From the IMG/VR virus record IMGVR_UViG_3300031521_000012, positions 103,972-167,971 of that record: a DNA stretch of 64,000 bases; one strand, given 5' to 3'. Under the pieces are notes generated by a model that did not search any database, was not told the origin of the DNA, and saw only the letters and a program-made list of their open reading frames with translations. Below, in pieces: positions 1 to 9,494 of the stretch. The position numbers and the translations under genes are program-made. How positions within the stretch are numbered: the first letter of the stretch is position 1; each line of letters starts with the position of its first letter. This DNA is from a virus.

Positions 1-240
1 TCCAATATATGCACAATTGTCTTCAATAAATTCATATACATAAACACATCTAAAAAATTTACTACCGATTGGTCTCATGTGTTGCGATATATCATTCATC
101 CAGCCATTTCTTCTTGCAGCAGCCGTAGCTCCACCAGATTTTTCACTAAACTCCTTCTTTGTTGAATATTTCAATGCTTCATCACGACATCTTTCATATG
201 TCCAATATCCATTAGGCTTCATACTTTTTTGAATTAACAT
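1..240 (-). CDS. GIY-YIG homing endonuclease-like protein, runs off the window start
   Basis: Manual translation (ATG at 240 or 222): MKPNGYWTYERCRDEALKYSTKKEF...NGWMNDISQHM...CVYVYEF..NCAYIG. Has a VY...YIG motif preceded by a WTYExC helical repeat typical of phage homing endonucleases. Confidence 0.7.
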   Translation of the reverse strand, partial: MLIQKSMKPNGYWTYERCRDEALKYSTKKEFSEKSGGATAAARRNGWMNDISQHMRPIGSKFFRCVYVYEFIEDNCAYIG

Positions 241-391
241 TATAAAAGTTATTAATATAATTCAAATCATATCGTCTATGACCATTAGGTGTATATACTG
301 GAGTGATTTTTCCCTCTTTCTCCCATAATCTCAATGTCTTCTGAGTTACACCTAAAATTTGACTTGCTGTACTAATCGAAATTAATTTCAT
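212..391 (-). CDS. MerR-type/IS607 TnpA-like helix-turn-helix protein (59 aa, below ORF-track cutoff)
   Basis: Manual translation MKLISISTASQILGVTQKTLRLWEKEGKITPVYTPNGHRRYD; GTATTTAT motif upstream. Confidence 0.75.
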   Translation of the reverse strand: MKLISISTASQILGVTQKTLRLWEKEGKITPVYTPNGHRRYDLNYINNFYNVNSKKYEA

Positions 392-405
392 TTGTGATAT
401 TTTAT

Positions 406-413
406 ATAAATAC
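406..413 (-). promoter_or_regulatory. GTATTTAT motif (putative late promoter)
   Basis: ataaatac on + strand, 14 bp upstream of ATG at 391. Confidence 0.6.
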
Positions 414-452
414 TTAAAATGTTCAGAAAAGTATTAAAATGTTCATATTTGT

Positions 453-647
453 CTATTTTAAGCTCCACCAACGGTTTTTCTTTAACTCTCTTGCTTTAAC
501 TATTAAATCTTGAAGTTCTTCATAATCAAAATCTTTGATTGTAAAATTTCCATCCATATCAGCTAAATCATTCTTAGCTAACACATCAACTATTTTCAGT
601 GCTTCTTTAAGTAATTTGCCTTTCTCAAAGGCTTCCACATCTTTCAT
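453..647 (-). CDS. small hypothetical protein, paralog of 651..833
   Basis: ORF track; shares KEALKI...AR.L..N pattern with its neighbour. Confidence 0.6.
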   Translation of the reverse strand: MKDVEAFEKGKLLKEALKIVDVLAKNDLADMDGNFTIKDFDYEELQDLIVKARELKKNRWWSLK

Positions 648-650
648 ATG

Positions 651-833
651 TTATGTTTTAAAATATTTATTTATTCTTAATATTCTCGCTCTTCTAACCA
701 ACTCAAATAACTTATGTTCATCATGAAGAAAATCTTCATGATCTTCAAAATTATGGTCGCCTAGTTCGTAGATTATCTTTAAAGCTTCTTTTATTAAAGC
801 CATTTTTTCTTCACAAATTTCACCACTTTTCAT
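651..833 (-). CDS. small hypothetical protein, paralog of 453..647
   Basis: ORF track; tight packing and shared motif. Confidence 0.6.
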   Translation of the reverse strand: MKSGEICEEKMALIKEALKIIYELGDHNFEDHEDFLHDEHKLFELVRRARILRINKYFKT

Positions 834-857
834 GTTATTATGTTTTAATTATAACTA

Positions 858-3800
858 TTATTCTAATATTACCGATGAAATACCATCGTCATTTAATGTA
901 ACATTTAATAAATAGTCTGGTGATACTTCATGCATCTGTTCTACGATTAAAACTTTTTTCATATTTGCTTTAATGATTTGCAATATCTCAACAAATTCCT
1001 CAATACTATCATCACTTAGCTTGCCCATAACTTCGTCAAGCAAGAATATTGTTGGTTTAGCTTTTATATTTATCTGGTTTAACGAGAATTTCAACACTAC
1101 ACTTGCAAATGTTCTTTCTTTTCCAGAAGCACTAATACAATCAATTATTGCAGTAGGTCTATTGTTATAGACAAGCTTTGGTCTTAGATCGTCAGCATCA
1201 AGCCAAACTTTAAATGGCGCTGATGATAATACTCTTTCTAAAGTAAAATTGATTTTGGGTAATATATAATTACTTAGCATCTGCCTAGGTATACCATCAC
1301 GATGAACACATTTTTTATATAATTCCATAACCTTATCACGATATTCCTGTATCTCAAATTCAGCAAGCAATTCTTCGTTTTCTTTTATCTTTATCTGCTT
1401 ACCACCAATATCAGTTTTCCTAAGATAAACATCTTCTTTGAGTTCAGAATCTTCTGTTTCAAGCTGTTCCAATCTTAGCTTAGCTGCTTTAATTCCTATT
1501 TCAATGGCTTTGTTTTCTTCAATTAGCTTTATGCTATTATCATAATTATTGATTTTCGTTTGTAATGAACCGATAATCAATTCTTCATTAGAGATTTTTA
1601 ATGGAATCTGATCTAACTCATTTTGTAATTCCTTACGCTTTTCAACATCATTTTTTTCATTAGTAAGTTCACCGATCTCTCTTAAAATGTCTTCCATGGC
1701 TAAGGAATCTTTTTCAATTTGTAACCTGATAGCATCAATTGTTGCAATTTCATTAGATATGCTAGTGTCATGTACCAATTTATCAACAGTTTCCTTATCA
1801 TTAATTTTATCACCAATATCAAACATTTCATTTTCAATAGTTTCAATTTCAGCATTAATATGTACTTGATGATCTGCAGATAATAACTGCCCACATGTTG
1901 GGCAAGTCTTGCTATTTTTAAGCTCAAATATTTTATTCTTACATGCTAAACCAGCATTTTTTAATCTGAAAATATCACCATTGATTATTTCAATTTCATG
2001 TTCTTCATTGTGTATGATTTGCTCATGTGATTTAATATCTAACTTGTATTTATATTCGTTTTGTTTGTTGAGTTCCTTTTGATCAATTAACACAGTCAAT
2101 CGCTTTTCATCATATTCTTTCTTTAACGGCAATATACTTTTCAATAAAACGTCATTACGTGCCTTCAGGTCAACGATTGTTTCTTCATGAGTACTTATAT
2201 CCTCTTTAATGTCATCTACGCTTAGATTGTAGATTTCAGGGTCTATGGTGTATAATTTCTTGTTTAAGCCCTCAACATATGTTCTTCCAGTAGCAATTTT
2301 GGTTTGTATATCAATAATCTTAACTGTTTCAATCTCTACAACCTCACTATTAAGTTTAATAATTTCGCTGCGCATTTCTACGTTTTGATTAGTAACATTT
2401 TCAACACGACATGTTACCCTAGATTTACCCATAAGCTTTTTCTGATACGCTTTATAGCCTTCAAGTTTTTTATCAAAAATATCCAAACCGCTATCGAATA
2501 ATATTGAATCAATGAAAACTGCCATATCGTTTGATAATATTTTATTTAAAGTATCTGATGTTGTCATAACAATACGCATGAAATTATCATATGTACCAAT
2601 AATAGATTCAATTCTTTTTTGAGTTTTAATTCTATTATCATCCGTTAATTTATCAATTGAAGTATCATCATTCATTTCATCATCGGGTGATGTAAGCAAA
2701 TAGTAGCCAATACTGGTAGGTGCGCCATTAATGCTCCCATCTTTAGCTCTATTTATTTCAGTTTTCTTCTTGATTCCAAAATATTCTCCGTTGGCTTCGA
2801 TAATAATATATCCCTCACAACTTTTAGCATCGTTTCTATTGTTAACAAAACGAGCATCCCCATACTTCACTCTGTTCTCAGTTTCAAGTGTTTTGCCAAA
2901 TAAGACGTATGTCATCAGTTTCATAATGGTTGTTTTTCCAGCTGTATTGACTCCTGTTATTTGAAACAGTCCATCCATATCTCTCCAATCAATGTCTAAT
3001 TGTTCATATGACATGAAATTTTTGCCACCAAATTTAACAACATTCCATTCGACACTCGTATCATCAGCAGTATCAATTTCCTTTAAAATCTCTTCATCTA
3101 ATGCAATAACATCGTCAATTACCTTTTCATCAATACCTATTTTAATCAGATATTCCTTAAATATTTCATGCTGAACGGTTTGATTGGCTACATTATCTAG
3201 TGTTACGTTTTCATTTACATCAATTTTATCTGTTTCAATGAATTCATTTTTATGCGAAATGGTTGTATTCTGATATTTAGATTTTATATATTCGGCTAAC
3301 CTTCTCTCGTTATTCCTACATCTTGACGATGGCAGCGTGTTCCAAATAATTCTAATCTTCATGTACTTTGTTGGGTCTGGAATATCAAAATCCAAATCAT
3401 CAAAATCGGTATATGTTGTAATTTTTACATTTTTAAGCGAATAGTCATTTTCAACAGATATTTCTTTAGCTTTTTTAGTGCTGACATTCCATAAAAGATA
3501 ACCATGAAAATTATCATCGCCTTCATCAAATCTTTGAGCGATAAGACTACTCGAATATGCCTTGGTCTTAGCTTTATCTAAGTATTGCTGCTTATGTATA
3601 TCACCAAACATACTCATATCGCCCTTAAAATCAGTCGATTTATAGAATGCTTTGCTTTTAACTTCAATACCCGATGGCATTTTGCTGCCGTTTATTTGAT
3701 CGTGAAATAAATCAATTGCGGTATATTGACTAGATGTTTCTCTTAGCTTTTCGTATATTTTTCCTTCCTTAGTTTTCCAAGGATTATTTTTATCTTCACC

Positions 3801-4187
3801 ATGATGCCAAACCATCCATGCTACATTTTCATCATAGAAAACATCTGTCTTATCATAATAAACGACATTGGGATTATTTAATGTATCAACAATTGCCTTA
3901 ACGCTATCAACTCTATTCGATGCTTTTTTACGATAATCATGATTACCACGTGTAATACGAACAGGCGCTATCTTGCTTAGATCATTAAGTAATTTAGATG
4001 CCATTATTAATTGTTCACCCTGTAAATCAAGATTATCATGAACTAAATCGCCTACTATTACAATTCTATCTGGTTTTTCAGCAGTAAGTGATTTAATTAA
4101 ATTATCGAATACTCCATCATATTCATCATTTCTTGTGGGTATCTTTCTAATATGAACATCGGCAATCTGTGCTATATTTTCAATCAT
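858..4187 (-). CDS. Mre11/SbcD nuclease - Rad50/SbcC ATPase fusion (gp47-gp46-like recombination nuclease)
   Basis: N-terminal phosphoesterase motifs DVH, GDLVH, GNHD, GDIH; Walker A GVNTAGKT; coiled coil with Zn-hook CPTCG; signature ASGKE; Walker B FLLDE. Confidence 0.92.
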   Translation of the reverse strand: MIENIAQIADVHIRKIPTRNDEYDGVFDNLIKSLTAEKPDRIVIVGDLVHDNLDLQGEQLIMASKLLNDLSKIAPVRITRGNHDYRKKASNRVDSVKAIVDTLNNPNVVYYDKTDVFYDENVAWMVWHHGEDKNNPWKTKEGKIYEKLRETSSQYTAIDLFHDQINGSKMPSGIEVKSKAFYKSTDFKGDMSMFGDIHKQQYLDKAKTKAYSSSLIAQRFDEGDDNFHGYLLWNVSTKKAKEISVENDYSLKNVKITTYTDFDDLDFDIPDPTKYMKIRIIWNTLPSSRCRNNERRLAEYIKSKYQNTTISHKNEFIETDKIDVNENVTLDNVANQTVQHEIFKEYLIKIGIDEKVIDDVIALDEEILKEIDTADDTSVEWNVVKFGGKNFMSYEQLDIDWRDMDGLFQITGVNTAGKTTIMKLMTYVLFGKTLETENRVKYGDARFVNNRNDAKSCEGYIIIEANGEYFGIKKKTEINRAKDGSINGAPTSIGYYLLTSPDDEMNDDTSIDKLTDDNRIKTQKRIESIIGTYDNFMRIVMTTSDTLNKILSNDMAVFIDSILFDSGLDIFDKKLEGYKAYQKKLMGKSRVTCRVENVTNQNVEMRSEIIKLNSEVVEIETVKIIDIQTKIATGRTYVEGLNKKLYTIDPEIYNLSVDDIKEDISTHEETIVDLKARNDVLLKSILPLKKEYDEKRLTVLIDQKELNKQNEYKYKLDIKSHEQIIHNEEHEIEIINGDIFRLKNAGLACKNKIFELKNSKTCPTCGQLLSADHQVHINAEIETIENEMFDIGDKINDKETVDKLVHDTSISNEIATIDAIRLQIEKDSLAMEDILREIGELTNEKNDVEKRKELQNELDQIPLKISNEELIIGSLQTKINNYDNSIKLIEENKAIEIGIKAAKLRLEQLETEDSELKEDVYLRKTDIGGKQIKIKENEELLAEFEIQEYRDKVMELYKKCVHRDGIPRQMLSNYILPKINFTLERVLSSAPFKVWLDADDLRPKLVYNNRPTAIIDCISASGKERTFASVVLKFSLNQINIKAKPTIFLLDEVMGKLSDDSIEEFVEILQIIKANMKKVLIVEQMHEVSPDYLLNVTLNDDGISSVILE

Positions 4188-4208
4188 ATTTGAATATATT
4201 AATAAAGA

Positions 4209-4829
4209 TTATTCATCAATTATTTCCGATAAATTTTTCTTTAGTTTAGTCTTAATGTAATTTACTTTATTACTAACAGTACTACTGGTTAAATTAAATT
4301 CCTTTCCGATTTCGCAATAATTATATCCTTGCATATATTTCATGTTTAATAAAGTGTAATCTGTTGGTGATAATTGAGTGGTTATATAATTTATTGAGTC
4401 GCAATTTTCAAAACATGTATTACTTGAAGAGTATTGAATATTTCCAGAACACGTACAATTAGACGTGAATGTGAATGGACTATTGCCACTAGTACTAGTT
4501 GAGTTAATTTCAGACCAATCAATAGATATTGTATTTGTAGATGTTAACTTCATTGAGTTACAACGCCATTTATCAATCATATAGTTTTTGGCTATGGTTA
4601 ACACCCATGAATTGAATTGAGCTATCGAGCTATTGAATGTTTTGATATTCAAAAATATTTTAATCATAATTTCTGACACATCATCTTCAATATCACAGCC
4701 TGATTTATATTTATTTTTTATGAAAGATTCTATAACCTTTCTATATTTATTATATAATTTTTCTTCGGCAATACCATCCCCATTTAATATATCATTAATG
4801 AGAATTAAATCTTCCTGATCTTTTAGCAT
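4209..4829 (-). CDS. ECF-type RNA polymerase sigma factor
   Basis: Region 2 DIEDDVSEIMIKIF...FNSWVLTIAKNYMID; region 4 LSPTDYTLLNMKYMQGYNYCEIGKEFNLTSSTV. Confidence 0.88.
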   Translation of the reverse strand: MLKDQEDLILINDILNGDGIAEEKLYNKYRKVIESFIKNKYKSGCDIEDDVSEIMIKIFLNIKTFNSSIAQFNSWVLTIAKNYMIDKWRCNSMKLTSTNTISIDWSEINSTSTSGNSPFTFTSNCTCSGNIQYSSSNTCFENCDSINYITTQLSPTDYTLLNMKYMQGYNYCEIGKEFNLTSSTVSNKVNYIKTKLKKNLSEIIDE

Positions 4830-4858
4830 CTATCATAATTCATAATATTAAGTTATTT

Positions 4859-5920
4859 TTAAAATTTACTAGTTCCACTATATCTATAGTAAGCATTTTT
4901 TTCATATTTACTATTGAAATCATTCTTAATCGTTTTTTTATCAAAATAGTCCATATCGTTCAATTTCCTTGCACCATATAAACGTTTAATTACTTCATCC
5001 TCACCTAAAAACTTACGTATTTCATCAACATCATATTCACCAGTTAAATTAACGACTAATATCTTATTCGTTTCATCGTCATAGATTAATTTTAAAATAT
5101 CATATAAATTCATTTCATTAGTCCATGCATCAGGGTCTAATATTATTATTATTTTAGGCTGATACTCTTTTAATCTTAAATACAGCAGTTTAGATATTGT
5201 TTTACCTAATAACGGTATTGAATTAGGTACTGAAAACATATCAAATACACCCTCAACTAAAAAAACAGGCGAATCCCAATCAATAAATCCCTCATTAAAT
5301 ATTAAAGCATCCTTATCCGATTGTGGATTATCATATTTTCTTTTTTTAACTCTAGGATCGTATGTTCTTGAAACAAAATAATTTACTTCACCATATACAT
5401 CATATGACGGTATAATTATTCGTTTAGAGTATTTTCCTTCAATACAAAAACCAAGCCGATATCTTAGTATTGTTTTTTTCGTTAATTTTCGCTCAGTTAT
5501 TAAATAATTATATGCTTCGAAATGCTCAGGATTCTTTAAATCAATATCGGAAAACAGTATTGTTTCTTTAGGCAATCCAATTCTTGCGTATTCTGCTTCC
5601 TCATATTCCTTATCTTCGTCATCCTCGAAATCAGTAAGTCCTTTATATGATTTATACAATTCATAATCACTCGCTGAACCATATTTTTTTATTAATCTGT
5701 CTAACGAGCCAGCAAACTTAGGTTCACATTTCCAGCAATGAAAGACTTTTCTACCATTAGCCGTTGAGATTTCTAGGTTGAACTTTCCATCTGGTTGTGA
5801 CAAACCTTCTCTCTGAGCACACATCGGACAGCAAACGCTTAGCTGACTGCTAACATTTAACCCTCTAACATCCTGAAAGATGTTAAATATAATTCCATGT
5901 AGCTCCTGTCCTTGTACCAT
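4859..5920 (-). CDS. DNA primase (Zn-binding + TOPRIM)
   Basis: CPMC...HCWKC zinc finger; RIIIPSYD, EGVFD, DPD. Start moved to ATG 5920 because a promoter lies at 5945-5976. Confidence 0.88.
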   Translation of the reverse strand: MVQGQELHGIIFNIFQDVRGLNVSSQLSVCCPMCAQREGLSQPDGKFNLEISTANGRKVFHCWKCEPKFAGSLDRLIKKYGSASDYELYKSYKGLTDFEDDEDKEYEEAEYARIGLPKETILFSDIDLKNPEHFEAYNYLITERKLTKKTILRYRLGFCIEGKYSKRIIIPSYDVYGEVNYFVSRTYDPRVKKRKYDNPQSDKDALIFNEGFIDWDSPVFLVEGVFDMFSVPNSIPLLGKTISKLLYLRLKEYQPKIIIILDPDAWTNEMNLYDILKLIYDDETNKILVVNLTGEYDVDEIRKFLGEDEVIKRLYGARKLNDMDYFDKKTIKNDFNSKYEKNAYYRYSGTSKF

Positions 5921-5944
5921 AATGTTTAATTGATAATAATGTAG

Positions 5945-5976
5945 CAAATATAAACAACAATTCCCTTAAAAGCAAA
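5945..5976 (-). promoter_or_regulatory. Bacteroidota primary-sigma promoter (TTTG-N20-TATATTTG)
   Basis: Matches the -33/-7 consensus TTTG-N19-21-TAnnTTTG; upstream of the primase-sigma-Mre11/Rad50 operon. Confidence 0.75.
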
Positions 5977-5991
5977 GGTTTTTAAGGGAAT
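5960..5991. terminator. inverted-repeat hairpin downstream of 6016..6558
   Basis: attcccttaaaa / ttttaagggaat 12-bp stem; overlaps the -33 element. Confidence 0.5.
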
Positions 5992-6015
5992 CATTCAAAT
6001 TAATATGTATTAAAA

Positions 6016-6558
6016 CTAGAACCTTCTATAATTTTCAGTAAATGGAAATAATGAAATCATTTGTTTTAACAAGTATTCGATTTGTGCTTCTCTCCACGCA
6101 GTTCTCTCAGGATTATTACCAATAAAATTATTTTGTAATTCATGAAACATAATCAACACGTTTTGCTTTGTTGTTTCATTTAACATACTTGAATCTTGAT
6201 TGTGATATTGATCGAAAATACGCGTATAATCATCCCTAGATTGTGCTAGTTCACCTCTCAATTGTTCAGTTTCCTCTGATAGTGCAGCTACCTGTTCTTG
6301 AAGCCATTCGATACCTGTAACATCTTTAGTATTATCAGGTTCGTTTATTGCTACTACACTAGCTCCACCATTATTAAGAGTTAATGCAGTATCTACATCT
6401 TGAAGCAATTCTTCGACCTTTTGTTTAGCCTTTAAATCTCTTTCTTCTTCAGGTGTTAAAGACTTTTCAACAACAACTATCTTTTTTGGCTCACTTGTCT
6501 TTTTATTAATAGCTGGAGTGGGATTACTTTTTGCTAAATTTACTAAACTTTTTTTCAT
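6016..6558 (-). CDS. hypothetical coiled-coil protein
   Basis: ORF track, 180 aa. Confidence 0.7.
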   Translation of the reverse strand: MKKSLVNLAKSNPTPAINKKTSEPKKIVVVEKSLTPEEERDLKAKQKVEELLQDVDTALTLNNGGASVVAINEPDNTKDVTGIEWLQEQVAALSEETEQLRGELAQSRDDYTRIFDQYHNQDSSMLNETTKQNVLIMFHELQNNFIGNNPERTAWREAQIEYLLKQMISLFPFTENYRRF

Positions 6559-6561
6559 ATT

Positions 6562-8145
6562 TTATTCAATTATTAAATTTGCGTTTAAATGAGCAATTAA
6601 GCCAGTCTTATCATTCCAAATAAATGCTTCACCAGCCTTAATAGAACCCGTGAAACCCTTAGAAAAATGCCACGAATCAGTCCCACTAAGACTTGACAAA
6701 TATCTTACAGTAACACCTAAATCTTCATTAGTCATTCTTTTATTATCTAAAGCTATAATCTTTACATCTCTTTTTCGATGAATATGTCCTACGTGAAACT
6801 CATGATATGTTGTTTCACTCCACATTGGTTTTGATTCAATGTCTGATGCCATTAGCATCGGTAAGCTATTTTCCTTTTCTTCGCTACCATGAGTAAAACC
6901 TAATAAGACTTCACCAAATCGATAATATTTTCTTGGTGATGCGCCATTATTGATATTTACCATATGATCATCATTAAACCAAGCTACGAGGAATTCTCCC
7001 ATATAATAGCTACGTTCAAAGTCATGATTCCCCGGGATTACCACAACATCGACTCGTCTACCCGTTTGTTTCAACATATTAATTGCATCCACAAGCAATC
7101 TTGTCCCAATCTGGAATGTTTTCTGCCAGCGTACATCTTCATCTTGTAATGTGCCCTTAGTGGTTGTATTAAATATAGTATCACTATTAAAAAAGTCATT
7201 TCCAACAGGAAATAATATTCGAGAATATTCAAACCCTTTGACTCTATTAATTAATGTTACTATTGTATTTAAAAACCTTTCACTTGCAATTTTAATATCA
7301 TAATTTTCACCAGTTTCTTTATTCCAACAAAGTTTTCCGAGGTGTAAATCATTGAGTGCTAGCTCAAAGAGATTATTCTCATTTTTAATAAGTTCAGCTG
7401 GCTGCAAACAATTAAGAACAGGTGGTTCATAATTAGATACCATATCTTTAAATATTTCACCAAGTATTTGTTCCTTTACTATACTACAATCTCTTTCAAG
7501 ACGTGCTTTCACCTGAAAATTCTGAATTGTTTGTGGAGTATCTCTTTTCCAGCTTGTTACATCCCATTTATTGACTGTATAATCTTTTACATGCCAAATT
7601 TTCTGATCTACATCAGCAGCAATTAACAGCTGTTCTAGGGTTTTAATGTGATCTGCAGGGTAACTTGAATCTGACTTCCACTCAACAGTTGCTTCGTTTC
7701 CACTAGCACTATATTCTATATTTCCCTGCATCGGTGAAGCAACGAAGTCCTTTTTTCCGCTATCATATGCATAAACTTGATTTGGTTCATGTGATATTGC
7801 GGTCATTAATGGATAGTTGCCAAATTGTGTTTGAGTACAAACGCCTGATACAGCGTTCATAGCCCTATTACCGATTTTATCTATTTTTTTACTGGTTTCA
7901 ATGTCATCTACCTTAGATGAACCAGCTTTATAATGCATTAGATATCTCCGATATGCAGCATTGAATAACGTAAATAATTCGTCATCAAGTGTATCATTAT
8001 CAAATTTTTCATAAACCAATGCTTTGATGTTTTTAATATAGGTGTCTGCAAATCCACATTTTACTGATGCTTCTTTTACTGAAATATTATTATCTACAGC
8101 ATAATTCATTACACTAACAGCACTTAAAATTCTTTCTTTTTTCAT
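6562..8145 (-). CDS. calcineurin-like metallophosphoesterase with N-terminal extension
   Basis: DLHLGK, GNDFFN, GNHD, THG, GHIH motifs. Confidence 0.85.
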   Translation of the reverse strand: MKKERILSAVSVMNYAVDNNISVKEASVKCGFADTYIKNIKALVYEKFDNDTLDDELFTLFNAAYRRYLMHYKAGSSKVDDIETSKKIDKIGNRAMNAVSGVCTQTQFGNYPLMTAISHEPNQVYAYDSGKKDFVASPMQGNIEYSASGNEATVEWKSDSSYPADHIKTLEQLLIAADVDQKIWHVKDYTVNKWDVTSWKRDTPQTIQNFQVKARLERDCSIVKEQILGEIFKDMVSNYEPPVLNCLQPAELIKNENNLFELALNDLHLGKLCWNKETGENYDIKIASERFLNTIVTLINRVKGFEYSRILFPVGNDFFNSDTIFNTTTKGTLQDEDVRWQKTFQIGTRLLVDAINMLKQTGRRVDVVVIPGNHDFERSYYMGEFLVAWFNDDHMVNINNGASPRKYYRFGEVLLGFTHGSEEKENSLPMLMASDIESKPMWSETTYHEFHVGHIHRKRDVKIIALDNKRMTNEDLGVTVRYLSSLSGTDSWHFSKGFTGSIKAGEAFIWNDKTGLIAHLNANLIIE

Positions 8146-8184
8146 ATTTAAATATTTGTTAAAATATAGTTATATAATTTTTGC

Positions 8185-8216
8185 CAAACTTACAACAAAA
8201 GCATTAAACGTGCAAG
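8185..8216 (-). promoter_or_regulatory. Bacteroidota-type promoter (TTG-N20-TAAGTTTG)
   Basis: -7 TAnnTTTG at 8185-8192; TTG 20 bp upstream. Confidence 0.65.
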
Positions 8217-8221
8217 TGTTT

Positions 8222-8530
8222 TCAAATAAATATATTACCATTACTTTTCATAAAGATAATATTTTTCTCAATTTCAATACACTCTCCAATAAATGATAGT
8301 TCATGACTTACAGACATATCGAACCATTCCCTTTCTTTTCTCAAATGTGAATACCTATTCTGTAATGATTTTTCAATTTGATATGCATATTCAGATTTAT
8401 AAACTTCAATAAGTTTTAACTTAGAAGGATTACCTGTACTTAATTCGTTTATTCGTTTTTGAGGATGCTTAGAAACACCTACTTTATAGTAGCTGTTTTC
8501 TAATGATTGTATTAAATAAATATAATTCAT
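8222..8530 (-). CDS. GIY-YIG superfamily (T5orf172/MUG113-like) protein
   Basis: YIYLI...YKVGVSKHPQKRINELSTGNP...IEK...REWF. Confidence 0.85.
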   Translation of the reverse strand: MNYIYLIQSLENSYYKVGVSKHPQKRINELSTGNPSKLKLIEVYKSEYAYQIEKSLQNRYSHLRKEREWFDMSVSHELSFIGECIEIEKNIIFMKSNGNIFI

Positions 8531-8533
8531 ATG

Positions 8534-8935
8534 TTAGAATATACAAATACATCTAAATGGCTGAAATCTAGCAACAAATCCTTCACCATTGTCGTTTAGA
8601 CTAATTATTTCGGTATATTGAACTTCAATAATCCATTTACTGATTTCAATACCAGCAGGGTCTATCGTAATTAATTTGAATGAAAATGTATGACCTAATG
8701 AATGATTATAAGTCTTAAAGAATTCAATTAAATTTTCACGTGTCGTATCACCCAAAGCACAAGCGATAAATGTTAATTCAATGTCATTCCAAACAAATTT
8801 ATTAGGGCAATCACCTATTCGATTCTCATATGCTATATTAGGTGTAACATTCAGTTTAGGTTTACTAATTGTATCAACAATCCATGGCTGTAACCCATAT
8901 TCGCTATTAAACTCAACTAAATATCTATTTTTCAT
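8534..8935 (-). CDS. divergent T4 gp19-like tail tube paralog
   Basis: NRYLVEF..SKPKL..WNDIELTF..IDPAGIEISKW; aligns by eye with 8939..9478. Confidence 0.55.
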   Translation of the reverse strand: MKNRYLVEFNSEYGLQPWIVDTISKPKLNVTPNIAYENRIGDCPNKFVWNDIELTFIACALGDTTRENLIEFFKTYNHSLGHTFSFKLITIDPAGIEISKWIIEVQYTEIISLNDNGEGFVARFQPFRCICIF

Positions 8936-8938
8936 ATG

Positions 8939-9478
8939 TTAATATAAATTAACGCATTTAGATGGTCTAAATACTACTTTAATCTCTTGAATTTTGTCAT
9001 CAGCCAAATCAAATTTTCCAAAATCAATTGATACAATATATTCAACAATTACTTTCCACTTTTCGATTGTAACTCCAGTAGGGTCTAACGTATCAATAAA
9101 AAAATATGGTATTGGTGTTGAAACAATGCCCTCTATTGATTTTTTAATTAACGATTCTGCAAGATTGTTAAAATATTGTGATGTTGATGGCTCAATGATA
9201 CTCATAAATGTAACTTCAATATCATCCCAATGATATCTAGGCATATGACCTCTTATGGTCTCCTTATAGTTAATTTCGCCCATTGTTAGCTTAGGTTTAT
9301 TAATACTATTAACTAACCACGATTCAATCTTAAAATTTTTATCTTCTGACTCAAGATTAACTGTTTCAGGAAATGTAACGATAAACCTATTATTTATTTT
9401 TGGTTCTGCCAGTTGTGGTACAAGTATATTTCTGCCTAGTTTTTCATGTAATTCTTTGCTGTTATTAAAATAAGCCAT
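8939..9478 (-). CDS. T4 gp19-like tail tube family protein
   Basis: EPKINNRFIVTFP..WDDIEVTF..LDPTGVTIEKW..IDFGKFD..EIKVVF pattern of gp19-type tube proteins. Confidence 0.65.
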   Translation of the reverse strand: MAYFNNSKELHEKLGRNILVPQLAEPKINNRFIVTFPETVNLESEDKNFKIESWLVNSINKPKLTMGEINYKETIRGHMPRYHWDDIEVTFMSIIEPSTSQYFNNLAESLIKKSIEGIVSTPIPYFFIDTLDPTGVTIEKWKVIVEYIVSIDFGKFDLADDKIQEIKVVFRPSKCVNLY

Positions 9479-9494
9479 TGTTGATTATAATTAA

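Noticed and set aside
224-231. A_AAA_AAG -1 programmed frameshift fusing HTH and GIY-YIG
   Set aside because: The -1 frame hits TGA immediately; the nuclease is in the +1 frame
212-391. IS607 element
   Set aside because: Only the HTH is present; no serine recombinase domain or TnpB in view
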